IMG/VR virus record: IMGVR_UViG_3300032242_002454
Span: 124,001 to 188,000 of that record
Length of the DNA: 64,000 bases
Reading direction: 5' to 3' (one strand)
This document shows, in pieces, positions 19,541-29,260 of the stretch. The notes below the pieces were generated by a model. The model searched no databases. It had not been told where the DNA came from and saw only the letters and a list, made by a program, of their open reading frames with translations. The first letter of the stretch is position 1, and each line of letters starts with the position of its first letter. The translations under genes and the position numbers were made by a program.

Positions 19541-19958
19541 AAAAATTTGCATTTACTGTGGTAAAAGGAAAAATGCCAAGTCTTTTGCTAGACATATTGG
19601 ACATAAAGATAATCTGGACAGTAGATGCAGAAAGTGCGTTAAACAACATACTAAGATTAGAAATAAACTAAGGAAAAAGGCTCCTCAAAAGCCAGATGGT
19701 TGTGAGTGTTGTTTTTGTAGTCCAGATAAATGGCACCTAGATCATGACCATGTTTATCATACCTTTAGGGGATGGTTATGTGAAACTTGTAATATAGGGA
19801 TAGGAAAATTAGGAGATAATTTAGAAGGTATTGTTGCTGCTTTGAAATATTTATCAGTAAGAAGTAAGGTTGAAGATCAAGCTGTGCTAAATCACATTAT
19901 TCAAGGCGTGGTTTTTTCTTTAAACCATTTGCTAGAGAAAAGACGAAATGATGCTTGA
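19533..19958 (+). CDS. recombination endonuclease VII-like protein
   Basis: CECC...HLDHDH...RGWLCETCNIGIGKLGDN. Confidence 0.88.
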   Translation: MSRKICIYCGKRKNAKSFARHIGHKDNLDSRCRKCVKQHTKIRNKLRKKAPQKPDGCECCFCSPDKWHLDHDHVYHTFRGWLCETCNIGIGKLGDNLEGIVAALKYLSVRSKVEDQAVLNHIIQGVVFSLNHLLEKRRNDA

Positions 19959-20008
19959 CAACAGCATTACCGTATGCTATACTTGGGAAAACACAGGAGA
20001 AATTGGAA

Positions 20009-21307
20009 ATGTCATTTGAGCATCTTAATGGTTTTGTTCGTGATCTGAAAGCAACTAGTAGTACACTTGATAAAGTTGGAATTATTGAGGATTATACCTC
20101 TTCCAATCAGGCTGGAGCAGATTTTATCAAAAAGATTTTGCTCTATACTTATCATCCTCTTTGGCAGTATAATGTGACCAGCGATAATCTCAAAAAGAAA
20201 TCTTCACTCAGAGGACAATCTTTTAAGACTGTTTTTGATTTGCTAGATTCTTTGAAGAACAGAGAAATCACAGGTCACGATGCTATTGGAGCAGTTAATA
20301 CTTTTATTGACAATAATGGATACGAAGAACTCATCCACTGTATTATTGATAAGGATTTGAAAACCCGTGCTGGAGATAAGTTAATCAATAAGGCTATTCC
20401 AGATCACATTCCAACATTTAGCGTTGCATTAGCGGACAAGTATGTTCCTAAAATTGTAGACTGGAAGGATGGATGGTATGTTAGCAGGAAGATCGACGGT
20501 GCTAGATGTATTGCTATTGTTGACAGTAATGGTAATACTACCTTTTATTCCCGCACGGGAAAAAACTTTGATACTCTTGACGTTGTTAGCGGTGGGATTA
20601 AAGCTTTGGGACTTACTAATGTAATTCTTGATGGAGAACTTTGTCTTGTTGATGAAGATGGTAATGAGGATTTTCAAGGAGTAATGAAAGAACTTCGCAA
20701 GAAGGATCATACTATTCCTAATCCTTCATATAAGATTTTTGATATGATTACTCATGATGAATTTTATAGTCAGAAGGGAGAACATAATAGACCCTTTGGT
20801 ATCAGACTCAAGAATCTTACAGAAGTTATGAAAAAGAATGAATGTCCATGCCTAACACTATTGGATCAGTCCTTGATTAAGGACGAAAACCATTTTCAAG
20901 AATTTGTCAAAGAATCTACTCAGAATGGTTGGGAGGGACTTATGCTTCGTGCAGATACTCCTTATAAGGGTAAGCGATCAAAAGACCTTCTCAAATATAA
21001 ATCATTCTTTGATGACGAATATGAAGTTCTAGATACTGAAATGGGGCCGTTCCGCTATGTTAAAGATGGTGCAGAGTGCGAGGAGATTATGTTGAGTTGT
21101 GTTATGATTCAACATAAGGGTCATACTGTCAGGGTTGGTTCTGGTTTTAGTATTGATCAAAGACAAGAGTTTTATAAGAATCCTAAGAAGATTTTGGGCA
21201 AAATAATTACTGTCCAATACTTTGAAGAAACAGAAAATGAAAAGGGTGGTATTAGCCTAAGATTTCCGACATTTAAAATTTTGCATGGGGATGAGAGGGA
21301 TATTTGA
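20009..21307 (+). CDS. ATP-dependent DNA ligase
   Basis: SRKIDGARC (KxDG), LDGEL, EGLML, DLLKYK, SLRFP; AGGAG RBS favours ATG 20009. Confidence 0.95.
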   Translation: MSFEHLNGFVRDLKATSSTLDKVGIIEDYTSSNQAGADFIKKILLYTYHPLWQYNVTSDNLKKKSSLRGQSFKTVFDLLDSLKNREITGHDAIGAVNTFIDNNGYEELIHCIIDKDLKTRAGDKLINKAIPDHIPTFSVALADKYVPKIVDWKDGWYVSRKIDGARCIAIVDSNGNTTFYSRTGKNFDTLDVVSGGIKALGLTNVILDGELCLVDEDGNEDFQGVMKELRKKDHTIPNPSYKIFDMITHDEFYSQKGEHNRPFGIRLKNLTEVMKKNECPCLTLLDQSLIKDENHFQEFVKESTQNGWEGLMLRADTPYKGKRSKDLLKYKSFFDDEYEVLDTEMGPFRYVKDGAECEEIMLSCVMIQHKGHTVRVGSGFSIDQRQEFYKNPKKILGKIITVQYFEETENEKGGISLRFPTFKILHGDERDI

Positions 21308-21364
21308 TTATTGGTTCCAATTAAGAGCGGTGTATAAAAATGTCCCGCCTCAAAGGAGCCTACC

Positions 21365-21790
21365 ATGCACAAGATTGTTATACGGTCAATTTTTTATCAC
21401 TGGCTATTTTTATTTGTCGGTGTTGCTATAGGATTTATCTGCAACTCAGAATATGTTGGAGAAAAAGCTGTTGTTATAGAAAGATCAATTAATAATATCT
21501 TTTTCCCTATAGAATATAATGAGCAGATAGAAAATTATGTTAAATGGATGGGTAAAAATAGGATACATTCTGAATTAGGATATCCGCATGATTTTCAAAT
21601 TCTTGAAGATGTTGTAAAGGGCGAGGAATATTATTGGGCTATAGCGAAATATACAGATGTAAAAACTGGACAAGAAATTAAAACTATAGTTAGTACAAAA
21701 ATAAGATGGCGACCTTGGGAATATAATTATCATACCAAGAAATTTGATAGCATCGTGGAAGAAAAAAGGCTAAGTCAGGATAAAAACTAA
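21365..21790 (+). CDS. membrane-anchored hypothetical protein
   Basis: N-terminal TM helix. Confidence 0.65.
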   Translation: MHKIVIRSIFYHWLFLFVGVAIGFICNSEYVGEKAVVIERSINNIFFPIEYNEQIENYVKWMGKNRIHSELGYPHDFQILEDVVKGEEYYWAIAKYTDVKTGQEIKTIVSTKIRWRPWEYNYHTKKFDSIVEEKRLSQDKN

Positions 21791-21801
21791 AGAGCAGTGG
21801 C

Positions 21802-21830
21802 TTGACAAGACGATAGGACTAGTGTACAAT
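21802..21830 (+). promoter_or_regulatory. sigma70-type promoter (class I)
   Basis: TTGACA-17-TACAAT, spacer ACGATA. Confidence 0.85.
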
Positions 21831-21866
21831 CACAGCATACACTTTGGAAACAAACTTGGAGTTGAA

Positions 21867-22577
21867 ATGTCTGACCTAATCCAGCAAGATCGAATTGAAA
21901 AAAAGCCTGTTGTTATGAGTACCAGCAAGGCCGATGAATTTTTTAAGAATTTTCCCAAGGACAAGGTTGTTGCTTATAAAGATTATTGGGAAACTGTTCG
22001 TCCCAAGACTGATGAAGATATTTTTCGTCGCTATCTTTTTGCTTATTGCTCAGTTCACACCACTTGGCAAGGTAATGTCAAAGGATATAATGCTATTAAG
22101 AATTTTAGCGAATGGGTAGATAGCAAAGAAATTCTTTTGGAAAAACTTCATAAGAGTGGCGTCGGTCTACACAATAATCGCACCACTTATATCTGGGATT
22201 TTAGTACCAAGTTTTGGGCTAATCCTAAAGACTTTTATTTGACTACCAAGAAGTATCATGTTAAGAAACGAGACAGTATCCTTAATAAGATTAGTGGGAT
22301 TGGTCTGGCTAAAATTAGCTTTGCTCTTGAAATGATCCATCCTAATGAGGCAAGAGTATTGTGCGGAGATATTCACCAATTGAGACTTTACGATGTCGAG
22401 GCTCTTAAGTATAATAAAAGTAAGTCTGGCTCAGAGATTTATAAAAAGATGGAGCGTCACTGGATGGTGAATTGTGGAAAGCTTAAAGTTCCATCGTATG
22501 TTGCCCGATCAATCTATTGGGATGATCTGCAAAAGAAAGAAGATAGTCGTTACTGGAGTTATGTTCTGGAGAACTAA
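21867..22577 (+). CDS. putative helix-hairpin-helix DNA glycosylase-like protein
   Basis: ISGIGLAKISF (HhH-like) followed by GDIHQLR. Confidence 0.45.
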   Translation: MSDLIQQDRIEKKPVVMSTSKADEFFKNFPKDKVVAYKDYWETVRPKTDEDIFRRYLFAYCSVHTTWQGNVKGYNAIKNFSEWVDSKEILLEKLHKSGVGLHNNRTTYIWDFSTKFWANPKDFYLTTKKYHVKKRDSILNKISGIGLAKISFALEMIHPNEARVLCGDIHQLRLYDVEALKYNKSKSGSEIYKKMERHWMVNCGKLKVPSYVARSIYWDDLQKKEDSRYWSYVLEN

Positions 22578-22673
22578 TTATGCAGAATGGTAAAGGTTCT
22601 AAAAGACGAGTCAGTTTAGTTTCTCAAGAAACTTGGGATAAAAACTACGAAAGAATTTTTAGAAAGAAAAAAG

Positions 22674-23469
22674 ATGGGAAGCGTAACGAATCTAAAAGAA
22701 AATAAAACAATTTTCATTCCGTGTTCTTGTAAGAGTGAAATTTTAATGATCGAATATGATCATGAAATAGATATGGCTGATCTGGCAATATTTGAACATT
22801 ATACAAATTATAGCAATAAGATGTCATTATGGCAGAGACTACGATATTGTTTTCAGGTTTTGGTATATAAAAAACCCTATTCTGATCAGATGGTGCTAGA
22901 CAAAAAACAATTAAAAGATTTGCAAAAATTCCTGAGTGGACTTAGCCTTTAAGGTGTATATTATAAGGTTTCCTAACTTATAACAGGGAGGCTAATTATG
23001 GTCGTTAGAACAGCAGTAGAATTCATGAATGATCAATTAGCTGATAGAGTGAAGGTCTTACAAAAAGCTTTAAACCAAGCAGAAAATATTATAACCACTC
23101 TAGAAAAAGAAAACAACAATCTAAAAGACGTTCTTAATAATCTAACGTCAGAAAATAAGGAAGATTATATGCTTAATAGCGAGGCTTTTAATGAGCCAGT
23201 GTTTACGGTCTAAAAATAAAAGAGTAATAACACAAATTGGTGAGAATGAATATTTGGTTGAAGGCGAAAGTGATTGGGCTAGATTTGGTTGTCAATCAGA
23301 TATATCAATAATAACTTCCGCTAATTTAGAAGGTGGCCCATTTTTATTAGTGGGCGATTCTTTTTTGGGTAAAGGTAAAATCTCAGCAATACAAAATATT
23401 GACAGTGGCAGAGATGGCTATATAATAATCAAAGTTACCTTATTCTCTAAAAAGGAAAAACATGATTAA
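22674..23469 (+). other. three hypothetical ORFs (22674..22952; 22998..23213 coiled coil; 23191..23469)
   Basis: ORF track. Confidence 0.7.
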
Positions 23470-23561
23470 TGAATTGATTCCTATGATCGGATTTAATCAA
23501 GCTATGTTAATAGCTGGATATAATGAATATCAAACTCAACAAATAATTAAAGGGTCTACTT

Positions 23562-23747
23562 ATGAGCCAACTTCACAAGAGTAATAAGAATAGAGTTTTA
23601 TTTGGTGTTTGTGGAGGACTAGCAGAAAATCTAGGAGTAGATGCCGCCGTACTAAGAATAGGATTTGTTCTTGGAGCAATTTTTACTGGAAGTATTTTGT
23701 TTTGGGTTTACTTACTTTTTGCTTTAGTATTACCTACACAGGATTGA
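23562..23747 (+). CDS. PspC-domain membrane protein
   Basis: LHKSNKNRVLFGVCGGLAENLGVD...LR...YLLFALVLP is the PspC consensus. Confidence 0.9.
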   Translation: MSQLHKSNKNRVLFGVCGGLAENLGVDAAVLRIGFVLGAIFTGSILFWVYLLFALVLPTQD

Positions 23748-23751
23748 TTCA

Positions 23752-24318
23752 ATGGACAGGATAGAAGGTGGTCAGAAAATTTTCTTTATCTCTGATCTTC
23801 ACCTTGGACATAAAAATATCATAGGATATTGTAATCGTCCATTCTCCACTGGAGAAGAAATGGATTCTCAAATTCTTTCTTCCATAAACGAAAAAGTCTC
23901 CCAAAACGATATTCTTTATGTTCTAGGAGATTTTTGCCATAAAGGTGGAGTTGCTCAATCTTATAGAGAAAGAATAGCTTGTGAAAATATTCATATGATT
24001 CTAGGTAATCATGATGAACCAACTAAATTTTCCACAGGATTTTCTAGTGTTGGCTATCAGAAAATGATTCTATATAAAAATCAAAAAATATTTATGTGTC
24101 ACTATCCCATGCGAAGCTGGCCTAGTAGTCACAAAAAAAGCTGGATGCTTTATGGTCATGTTCATAGCAGATTCCATCGTGAGGACGTTGTTTCTGGTAG
24201 CCTCACGCTTGATGTAGGCGTGGATAATAAAAGAGATGGGGTGACATTCGGTACTCCTTGGAGTTTTAAAGACGTTCAACAACAATTTCTGGCGAGAGCG
24301 AAAAATTTTTCAAGGTAG
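23752..24318 (+). CDS. calcineurin-like phosphoesterase
   Basis: SDLHLGH, LGDF, GNHD, MCHYP, GHVH, DVGVD. Confidence 0.9.
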   Translation: MDRIEGGQKIFFISDLHLGHKNIIGYCNRPFSTGEEMDSQILSSINEKVSQNDILYVLGDFCHKGGVAQSYRERIACENIHMILGNHDEPTKFSTGFSSVGYQKMILYKNQKIFMCHYPMRSWPSSHKKSWMLYGHVHSRFHREDVVSGSLTLDVGVDNKRDGVTFGTPWSFKDVQQQFLARAKNFSR

Positions 24319-24322
24319 CCTG

Positions 24323-24351
24323 TTGACAATGCCGATACCATACTGTACAAT
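24323..24351 (+). promoter_or_regulatory. sigma70-type promoter (class I)
   Basis: TTGACA-17-TACAAT, spacer GCCGATA. Confidence 0.85.
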
Positions 24352-24430
24352 CAAAGGAACAACGAGGGTAAGATCAGTCGCCTGACTGAGCCTGTCGTTG
24401 AAAGATTGGTTAAGAATTTGGAGGTTGATT

Positions 24431-24715
24431 ATGGCTGAAGTTACTACTACTGATAAGCAGACCCGTGTTCGTTGCAGTGATGATCAGTTTCTTGAGGCGG
24501 TTTTTAACAGCAGGACTTATGCTGAGATTGCTACTAAGACAGGTCAGAAGGTTGCTAGTACGATGGCTCGTTATGCTCGTACAAAGGCTGCTCTGGCTAA
24601 GAAGGGAATTGAACTTCCTGCTATGGAACGAGCAAAGCCTATTAAGACTATTGATAATGTCGAAGCTATGGCTGAGACAGTTCGCCGTCTAAAGGCTGCT
24701 CATTCTAACGGCTGA
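24431..24715 (+). CDS. small basic protein, possibly HTH DNA-binding
   Basis: GGAGG RBS; TYAEIATKTG...; strongly biased codon usage. Confidence 0.7.
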   Translation: MAEVTTTDKQTRVRCSDDQFLEAVFNSRTYAEIATKTGQKVASTMARYARTKAALAKKGIELPAMERAKPIKTIDNVEAMAETVRRLKAAHSNG

Positions 24716-24822
24716 GTTTAGTTCAAACCAAATGCTTCCAACTACATCCCTCATAAATATTGTTAGAGACAACATAGACAAAATCTAACCAATCGTTATG
24801 ATATGTAGCTTGGAAGTATAAT

Positions 24823-24895
24823 GGCCCAGTAACCCAATGGCAGAGGTAGCGGACTTAAAATCCGTCAAGTATCAGTTCGAGTCTGATCTGGGCCA
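24823..24895 (+). tRNA. tRNA-Leu (anticodon UAA), short variable arm
   Basis: Acceptor GGCCCAG/CTGGGCC+A; anticodon stem GCGGA/TCCGT with loop CT-TAA-AA; T arm ATCAG-TTCGAGT-CTGAT. Confidence 0.92.
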
Positions 24896-24972
24896 CTTTA
24901 ATGTGGTGTAAAAAGTAGACAAAATATATCTATCTTGGTGTATGTAATTGTGGCACATACAAGGAGATAGTT

Positions 24973-25443
24973 ATGAAAAAATGTTTGAAATGCTCCAAAG
25001 AATTTAAGAACAGGGTTGTGATTGATGGTGTTGAAAGGAATATACATAAAAGAAGTTATTGTTTAGAATGTTCCCCATTTGGAAAACGTAATACTAAAAG
25101 ACTACATATTCCACCAAGAGATACGAATAGCACAAAACACTGTACAAAATGCAGTCGTAAGTTTAAATGGACAAAAAACAATGTATGTTCCACATGTAGG
25201 ACATTTAAAAGAAGAAATAATCAAAGAATAAAGTCAATAGAATATCTTGGTGGTAAATGTACTGGCTGTGGAAATAAAGATCATGATGTTTTGACTTTTC
25301 ACCATAAGAACCCTAAAAATAAAAAATTTACCTTATGCCAAAGTTGGCACAGAGCTTGGAAAATACTTTTGTCAGAGATTAAAAAGTGCGAGCTACTTTG
25401 TGCTAATTGTCACATGAAACATCACAGAAAAGAAATGCTATGA
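24973..25443 (+). mobile_element. free-standing HNH endonuclease
   Basis: Several CxxC pairs; CTGCG...LTFHHKNP...KCELLCANCH. Confidence 0.85.
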
Positions 25444-26711
25444 CATTCGACCACTGGCTAAATGAAATTGAAGGATATAGCGTTAGACACGAAAGAGCTA
25501 TGACCGACATAAGAAACTGTGTTGCAAAAGGAGAAACTGACGATATAATTAAGTGGCTGATGGCAGCTTATGCTATGGGCCATGAACAGGGTTATGATGT
25601 TGGTCATTATGATGGTAAGAAAAACTGCAAACAACATTTTGATGAATATGGATGGGTATAATTATGGAAATCCACAACAAAAAACATATCACAATGACTC
25701 CTGACGATGTTAAAAAAGCTATTGAGAGATATATTGATGATGAAATCGTTAGTACTGAAACTGGTTGTGATATTAAGTTTATTGTACATGATATTTATCA
25801 GAAAGATAGTTTGACCGGATATTATAAGTCAGAATTTGTTGGTGCTGAAGTTGTGGTGCGTCCTAATGAGAGCTGAATTTTTAATGGGCAAAGCATCTAA
25901 AGATAGCCCATATATTCCAAAAAGAGGAGAAACTATCCAGTATGATAGACTGGGTGATGGAACTTGGCTAACTATTCATGTTGGTGATGGTAAAACTCCA
26001 GTTAAAGATCTCCCTGCAATAGCTGATTATGATATTCGTGAACGAGTTAGGATCTTGGAAGAAAAAATAGCAAAATTAGAAAATGATCGAAGAATATGAA
26101 AACTGGGAAGATAGTATAAGAAGAACTTTTATAGAATTGGCAAATTATATGGAACAACATTCTAATCCTATTGAATATTTAATTGAATTTGCTTGGGCAA
26201 ATGGTGCTGATCGTTTTGTTGTAAATAATGCCAAGGATGAATTGAAAAAACTTCAAGAAAATAATATTGCTAATCCTGTTGCTTGGGCTAGAATAAATAA
26301 ACGTGGGGATTTGTTTGATCCTCGTTTATGTAATAATATTCATGTTGATCAAAGTTCTGTGGTTCCACTATACAGGAAGTAAAAATGAGACCAAGAGGAA
26401 ATAGATTGTGTCGAGCAGAAGTAAAAAATCATAATCCAAAATCTCCAATAGATACTTTTGTTCTTGTTACAGTAAGAGAATGTAATGATTGCGATGGAGG
26501 TACATACATTGATGAGATCAACACTGCTGCTCAATTTTTAGCAACTGAAAATGAATCATGTGATGAGCCTTTCTATCAGATTTATGGAAGAAGATACATG
26601 GACGATATAATGTCTGGTCCGATGTTTCTTGCAGAGTTTTATGACTTGGATAAAGCTCTCAATTTTCTATATTATTTAACTGGTGAAGAAGCCAAAGTTG
26701 TTTCTTACTAA
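25440..26711 (+). other. five hypothetical ORFs (25440..25661, 25652..25876, ~25866..26099, 26083..26382, 26385..26711)
   Basis: Coupled ORFs. Confidence 0.65.
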
Positions 26712-26712
26712 T

Positions 26713-27234
26713 ATGATTAATAGTAAATACAAAATTGATTTATCTGATTTTTATAGTGATGACGGTGGGTATTGTACACTATTTAAATTGCTTAATGAGC
26801 CATCACTAGGATTCAAAGAATTCATTTCCAAATCTAGAGCAAAATATGCTAGGAGAATTCAGATAAGACTAAGTAAACTTAATCTTGCACCAAAAGTATA
26901 TTCTAGAGTATGCAAGATGACTTATAATGGATTTTTTCCGGGCAAAAAAAGTGGTTGGGGATATGTCACAGAATTAGCTAAAACTGGAAATAAAAAAGTT
27001 AGATTATGCAATATACAGAGATTGGTTGATGTTATTTACGATAGAACAAAATTAAAATTTTGGGACTGTCATTGGGCTAATCTTGGATATATTATAAGAA
27101 AAGGCAAAAGAAAATTGGTTTGTATTGATACTGGTAAAGAAACTTGGGATGGTTATGCTAATTATTTTGGAAATATTGATCCTGGCCCAAAGTGTTCGTA
27201 TTGTTTAAAATATAAATGTAGGTGTGTAGAATAA
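26713..27234 (+). CDS. protein kinase-like / APH-fold phosphotransferase
   Basis: GFKEF (Lys), DCHWAN (DxHxxN catalytic loop), CIDTG (DFG-like). Confidence 0.65.
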   Translation: MINSKYKIDLSDFYSDDGGYCTLFKLLNEPSLGFKEFISKSRAKYARRIQIRLSKLNLAPKVYSRVCKMTYNGFFPGKKSGWGYVTELAKTGNKKVRLCNIQRLVDVIYDRTKLKFWDCHWANLGYIIRKGKRKLVCIDTGKETWDGYANYFGNIDPGPKCSYCLKYKCRCVE

Positions 27235-28121
27235 TGAAATATCTTATAGCTGGTGGTGCTGGTTTTATAGGTAGTCATATTGCAGATACTCTTTTAGATA
27301 TGGGTCATGATGTTATAATTATTGATAATCTATCTACAGGAAAAAAAAGTAACATACCTAATAGAGCTACTTTTGTAGAATTAGATATAGCTAAATCTCC
27401 TATAGAAATTTTATCATCTTTTTTTGATGGAGTAACCGCAGTATTCCATTGTGCCGCATTACCCAATGTTCAGTTTTCTATAGAACAACCTTTGGATTCT
27501 AATAAAGCTAATGTAGATACTACTATTAAAATTTTAGAGTCTATGAGAATCAAAAAAATTAAGAAGATTATATACAGCAGTTCTTGTTCTATATATGGAG
27601 ATGCTATACAGATACCTACTACTGAAAATGAAACTATTAAACCATTAAGCCCATACGCTTTACAGAAATATATTGGAGAAGAATACTGTTCCCTTTATTA
27701 TAGGCTTTACAATATAGAATATGTTGCTTTGCGTTATTTTAATGTATATGGTGAACGAATGACTGATACTGGAGCTTATGTTAGTGTATTGAGTCACTTT
27801 TTAAGAGCTTACAAAAATAATCAGCCGTTAAATATTACTAATACTGGAGAACAAAAAAGAGATTTTGTATATGTAAAAGACATAGCCAAAGCAAATGTTT
27901 TGGCTGCATTAAAAAATATTGGTGGTGAAACTATATTAAACTTAGGATCAGGTAATAACTATTCTATAAATTCTATTGCTAGTTGGTTTAATCATAATAT
28001 TGTTTATGGAGAATCTAGAATAGAACCATTTGAAACTTTAGCTGACATAAATAAAGCTAAAAATATATTGAATTGGTTACCAAAAGTAAATTTAAAATCA
28101 TGGGTAATGCAAAATATTTAA
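27234..28121 (+). CDS. NAD-dependent epimerase/dehydratase (UDP-glucose 4-epimerase-like)
   Basis: GGAGFIG, SSSCSIYG, YALQK (YxxxK), LRYFNVYG. Confidence 0.93.
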   Translation: MKYLIAGGAGFIGSHIADTLLDMGHDVIIIDNLSTGKKSNIPNRATFVELDIAKSPIEILSSFFDGVTAVFHCAALPNVQFSIEQPLDSNKANVDTTIKILESMRIKKIKKIIYSSSCSIYGDAIQIPTTENETIKPLSPYALQKYIGEEYCSLYYRLYNIEYVALRYFNVYGERMTDTGAYVSVLSHFLRAYKNNQPLNITNTGEQKRDFVYVKDIAKANVLAALKNIGGETILNLGSGNNYSINSIASWFNHNIVYGESRIEPFETLADINKAKNILNWLPKVNLKSWVMQNI

Positions 28122-28131
28122 GGAAATTATA

Positions 28132-28482
28132 ATGCCATATATTAAAGAAGAAAATAGACTTACTCTTGATGAATGTATTGATCATATGGTGGTTTGTTTG
28201 AAAAATAGTGCTTTCAGAGCATCATTTGATCCAAATAAAAATAATTATATGAAGGAAGAACTAAGTAATGAAGATGTTTTAGCTATAGTTGGAGATATTA
28301 ATTACTGTATTTCTCGTGTTGTTTCTAAGCTAATGGGCAAGGTATCGTATTCTAAAATAGCAATGATTACAGGAGTATTAGAAAATATAAAGCAAGAGTT
28401 TTATCGTAGAATTGGTGTATCTTTAGAAGATAAGAAAATTATAGAAAATGGAGATATACCAGAATACAAAAGGTTATGCTAA
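28132..28482 (+). CDS. conserved phage hypothetical protein
   Basis: MPYIKEE...GDINY...EFYRR...NGDI pattern typical of a widespread phage family. Confidence 0.75.
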   Translation: MPYIKEENRLTLDECIDHMVVCLKNSAFRASFDPNKNNYMKEELSNEDVLAIVGDINYCISRVVSKLMGKVSYSKIAMITGVLENIKQEFYRRIGVSLEDKKIIENGDIPEYKRLC

Positions 28483-29195
28483 AAAACACAAAAAAGAATG
28501 ATTATTCATTAATCTCAAAAAAAGAACTAGAAAAATTATTAAATGAAGGATTGAATTTTACAGAAATAGGTTCTCTTTATGGTAGAAATCTGCACTATAT
28601 TAGAACGATATGTAAAAAATACAATCTTAAAATTAAATCAAAGGCGACTGTCTGTTTAAACTGTCAAAAAAAGTTTAAGCATAAAGCAACCATCCCAGCC
28701 AAATACTGTTCCACAAAATGTCGATCTGCACATTGGCCAAAAATAAATAAAGAAAAGCATAAAGAATTAGTTAAAAAATCTAGATTTAAGTGTCATCCAG
28801 TAAAATGCAGAAAATGTAACAATAATATATCAGATAATAATAGAAAATCTGGTTTGGTTTACTGTAGTGATTTATGTAGAAAACAGAATAAGACGATATC
28901 TGATAAACAAAGTCGAGATAAAAAATATAAACAATTTGGTCTTTACAAAATATCTATAGGATGTCAAAATTGCGGATATAATAAATGTTCTGGTTCTTTA
29001 GATTTTCATCATGTCAATCCACAAACAAAATCGACTAGAATAAGCTGTGGACTCTGGAAAGCTAATACTGAAGTATTTCAAAAAGAACTGTTAAAATGTA
29101 TATTACTATGTAAAAATTGTCATTATGAAGCACATAATCAGATTCTTATTATAGAAGGAAATGAAGGACAATGGAATTGTATATACCAAAATTAA
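28476..29195 (+). mobile_element. free-standing HNH endonuclease
   Basis: HTH-like N-terminus, CxxC...YCSxxC repeats, CQNCG...LDFHHVNP...KCILLCKNCH. Confidence 0.85.
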
Positions 29196-29205
29196 AGGTG
29201 TATAA

Positions 29206-29250
29206 ATTATTAAGAATGGCGATATTAAAGAGTATAAACGCCTAAAATAA
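29206..29250 (+). pseudogene. orphan duplicate of the last 14 codons of gene 28132..28482
   Basis: Reads IIKNGDIKEYKRLK* versus IIENGDIPEYKRLC*. Confidence 0.75.
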
Positions 29251-29260
29251 AGAGGCCAAA

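Noticed and set aside
28476-29205. Group I intron carrying the HNH gene
   Set aside because: The upstream gene is complete with its own stop and there is almost no non-coding sequence for a ribozyme core; kept only as a refutation test
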